Of a stretch of 39,912 bases of DNA, positions 39,308-39,912 are shown piece by piece. Source of the stretch: a virus; the IMG/VR virus record IMGVR_UViG_3300045988_081371, positions 1 through 39,912 of that record; one strand, 5' to 3'. The translations under genes and the position numbers were made by a program. The notes under the pieces are model-generated. The model was not told the DNA's origin and made no database searches. It was given only the letters and a program-made list of their open reading frames with translations. The first letter of the stretch is position 1; each line of letters begins with the position of its first letter.

Positions 39308-39646
39308 TTAAGCCTCCTGTATGTAGCGGTAGACCTTGTCAAGGTCGTTGACGTCAAATTTAAATTCGCCAAGCAGGGGAACCGTCACCGGCAACTTCTG
39401 CCCGTCCATCTTCGGACGGGCGATATTGTAGAGCCGGTCAAGGTCAATGTTGCCGGTATCATCCATGACGTGCATCATCTGCACTGCCGGATTGTCGCGC
39501 AGCTTAAGCACTTGCTCCTTGCCGCCGTCCATGATGAGCGCAAGCACGATTCCTGCGCCGATACCCTTTCCGGTTGGCAGGTGCGGAATGATCTCAGTAT
39601 CCGCAAAGCGCATAATGCCGCGCATCGCCTGATCTATTGTAACCAT
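39308..39646 (-). CDS. Hypothetical protein (112 aa), second gene of the cargo operon
   Basis: SD CAGGAGGA. One hydrophobic stretch GKGIGAGIVLALIM. The stop lies 2 nt before the next ATG. Confidence 0.65.
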   Translation of the reverse strand: MVTIDQAMRGIMRFADTEIIPHLPTGKGIGAGIVLALIMDGGKEQVLKLRDNPAVQMMHVMDDTGNIDLDRLYNIARPKMDGQKLPVTVPLLGEFKFDVNDLDKVYRYIQEA

Positions 39647-39671
39647 ATGGGAATCCTCCTGTTTAAGGTTT

Positions 39672-39691
39672 GGGGCGGCTAGTGCCGCCCC
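39672..39691 (-). terminator. GC hairpin between cargo ORF1 and ORF2 (attenuator or RNA-stability element)
   Basis: GGGGCGGC-tagt-GCCGCCCC lies 7 nt after the ORF1 stop. There is no clear T-tract on the minus strand, so full termination is doubtful. Confidence 0.35.
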
Positions 39692-39697
39692 TTGCGC

Positions 39698-39912
39698 TTA
39701 GTTGTTGCAGCAGCACCCGCACTTCGGGATCGGGTTGTAGAGCGACTGCGCTGTGGTCGCGGTGCCAGTGGTGACGTCGGCGACCTGCTTGGGGTAAAAG
39801 GTCGCGTTGACATACGTCACGATGGAATTGTCGCCGCAGCAGCGGCGCTCGGCCTCCATCTTGACCGCGTCAAGCGCTTCCTTGCGGACAGACTCGACGT
39901 CCTGCTTGACCA
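39698..39912 (-). CDS. C-terminal part of the junction-spanning 211-aa ORF (Cys-cluster tail)
   Basis: Hand translation ...AERRCCGDNSIVTYVNATFYPKQVADVTTGTATTAQSLYNPIPKCGCCCNN, with stop TAA at 39700-39698. The last 76 nt duplicate nt 1-76. Confidence 0.75.
   Translation of the reverse strand, partial: VKQDVESVRKEALDAVKMEAERRCCGDNSIVTYVNATFYPKQVADVTTGTATTAQSLYNPIPKCGCCCNN
39837..39912. repeat. Terminal direct repeat, copy 2 (identical to 1-76)
   Basis: Same 76-nt string as the window start. Confidence 0.9.

Larger units (their letters stand above)
1..39836. mobile_element. Complete temperate phage genome, one unit length (circular map or terminally redundant contig)
   Basis: Integrase with an attP-like tRNA fragment, CI/Cro-type switch, exonuclease/RecT/SSB module, terS/terL, portal, capsid, fibres and holin/amidase are all present. 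Nt 1-76 recur at 39837-39912 and an ORF closes in frame across that junction. Confidence 0.9.

Overview
The window is one complete temperate phage genome of about 39.8 kb. Nt 1-76 are identical to nt 39837-39912, and a 636-nt minus-strand ORF closes in frame only across that junction, so the map is circular or terminally redundant with a unit length of 39836 nt. Almost all genes are on the minus strand. Following minus-strand transcription from the genetic switch near 35.3 kb towards lower coordinates, the modules are: (1) a Cro-like early operon (35244-25643) with a YqaJ-type exonuclease, RecT, SSB, a DUF1376-type replication protein with iteron-like repeats inside the gene, a radical-SAM enzyme, a RuvC-like resolvase, a MazG-like protein and many small Cys-rich ORFs. 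(2) A plus-strand island (24449-25609) encoding a J-domain protein plus two unknowns, controlled from a divergent ribbon-helix-helix gene through three palindromic operators. (3) The late region: terS, a 480-nt repeat-dense non-coding block, three tRNAs (Met-CAU, Ser-GCU, Ser-UGA-like), terL, scaffold, major capsid protein with a C-terminal Ig-like extension, a 591-aa structural protein, portal, a 1910-aa giant protein, two fibre/receptor-binding proteins, several holin-like membrane proteins, an amidase endolysin and a sigma region-4-like HTH gene. (4) A separately promoted three-gene cargo unit that crosses the junction and ends next to attP. The plus-strand lysogeny module (35468-38581) holds a CI-like repressor, a small membrane protein, a lipoprotein, a membrane-anchored HTH protein and a tyrosine integrase, followed by an attP core that mimics a tRNA 3' end. 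I saw no tail tube, sheath or other tape-measure gene, so the virion may be podovirus-like; this is inference. Nothing could be searched against databases. All family names come from motifs read by eye. Start codons were refined by hand from Shine-Dalgarno (SD) spacing and start/stop overlaps, and ORFs shorter than 60 aa were derived by hand. The best candidates for undescribed biology are the RHH-controlled J-domain operon, the attP-proximal cargo operon, the short radical-SAM enzyme with its Cys-rich neighbours, and the membrane-tethered HTH protein beside the integrase.
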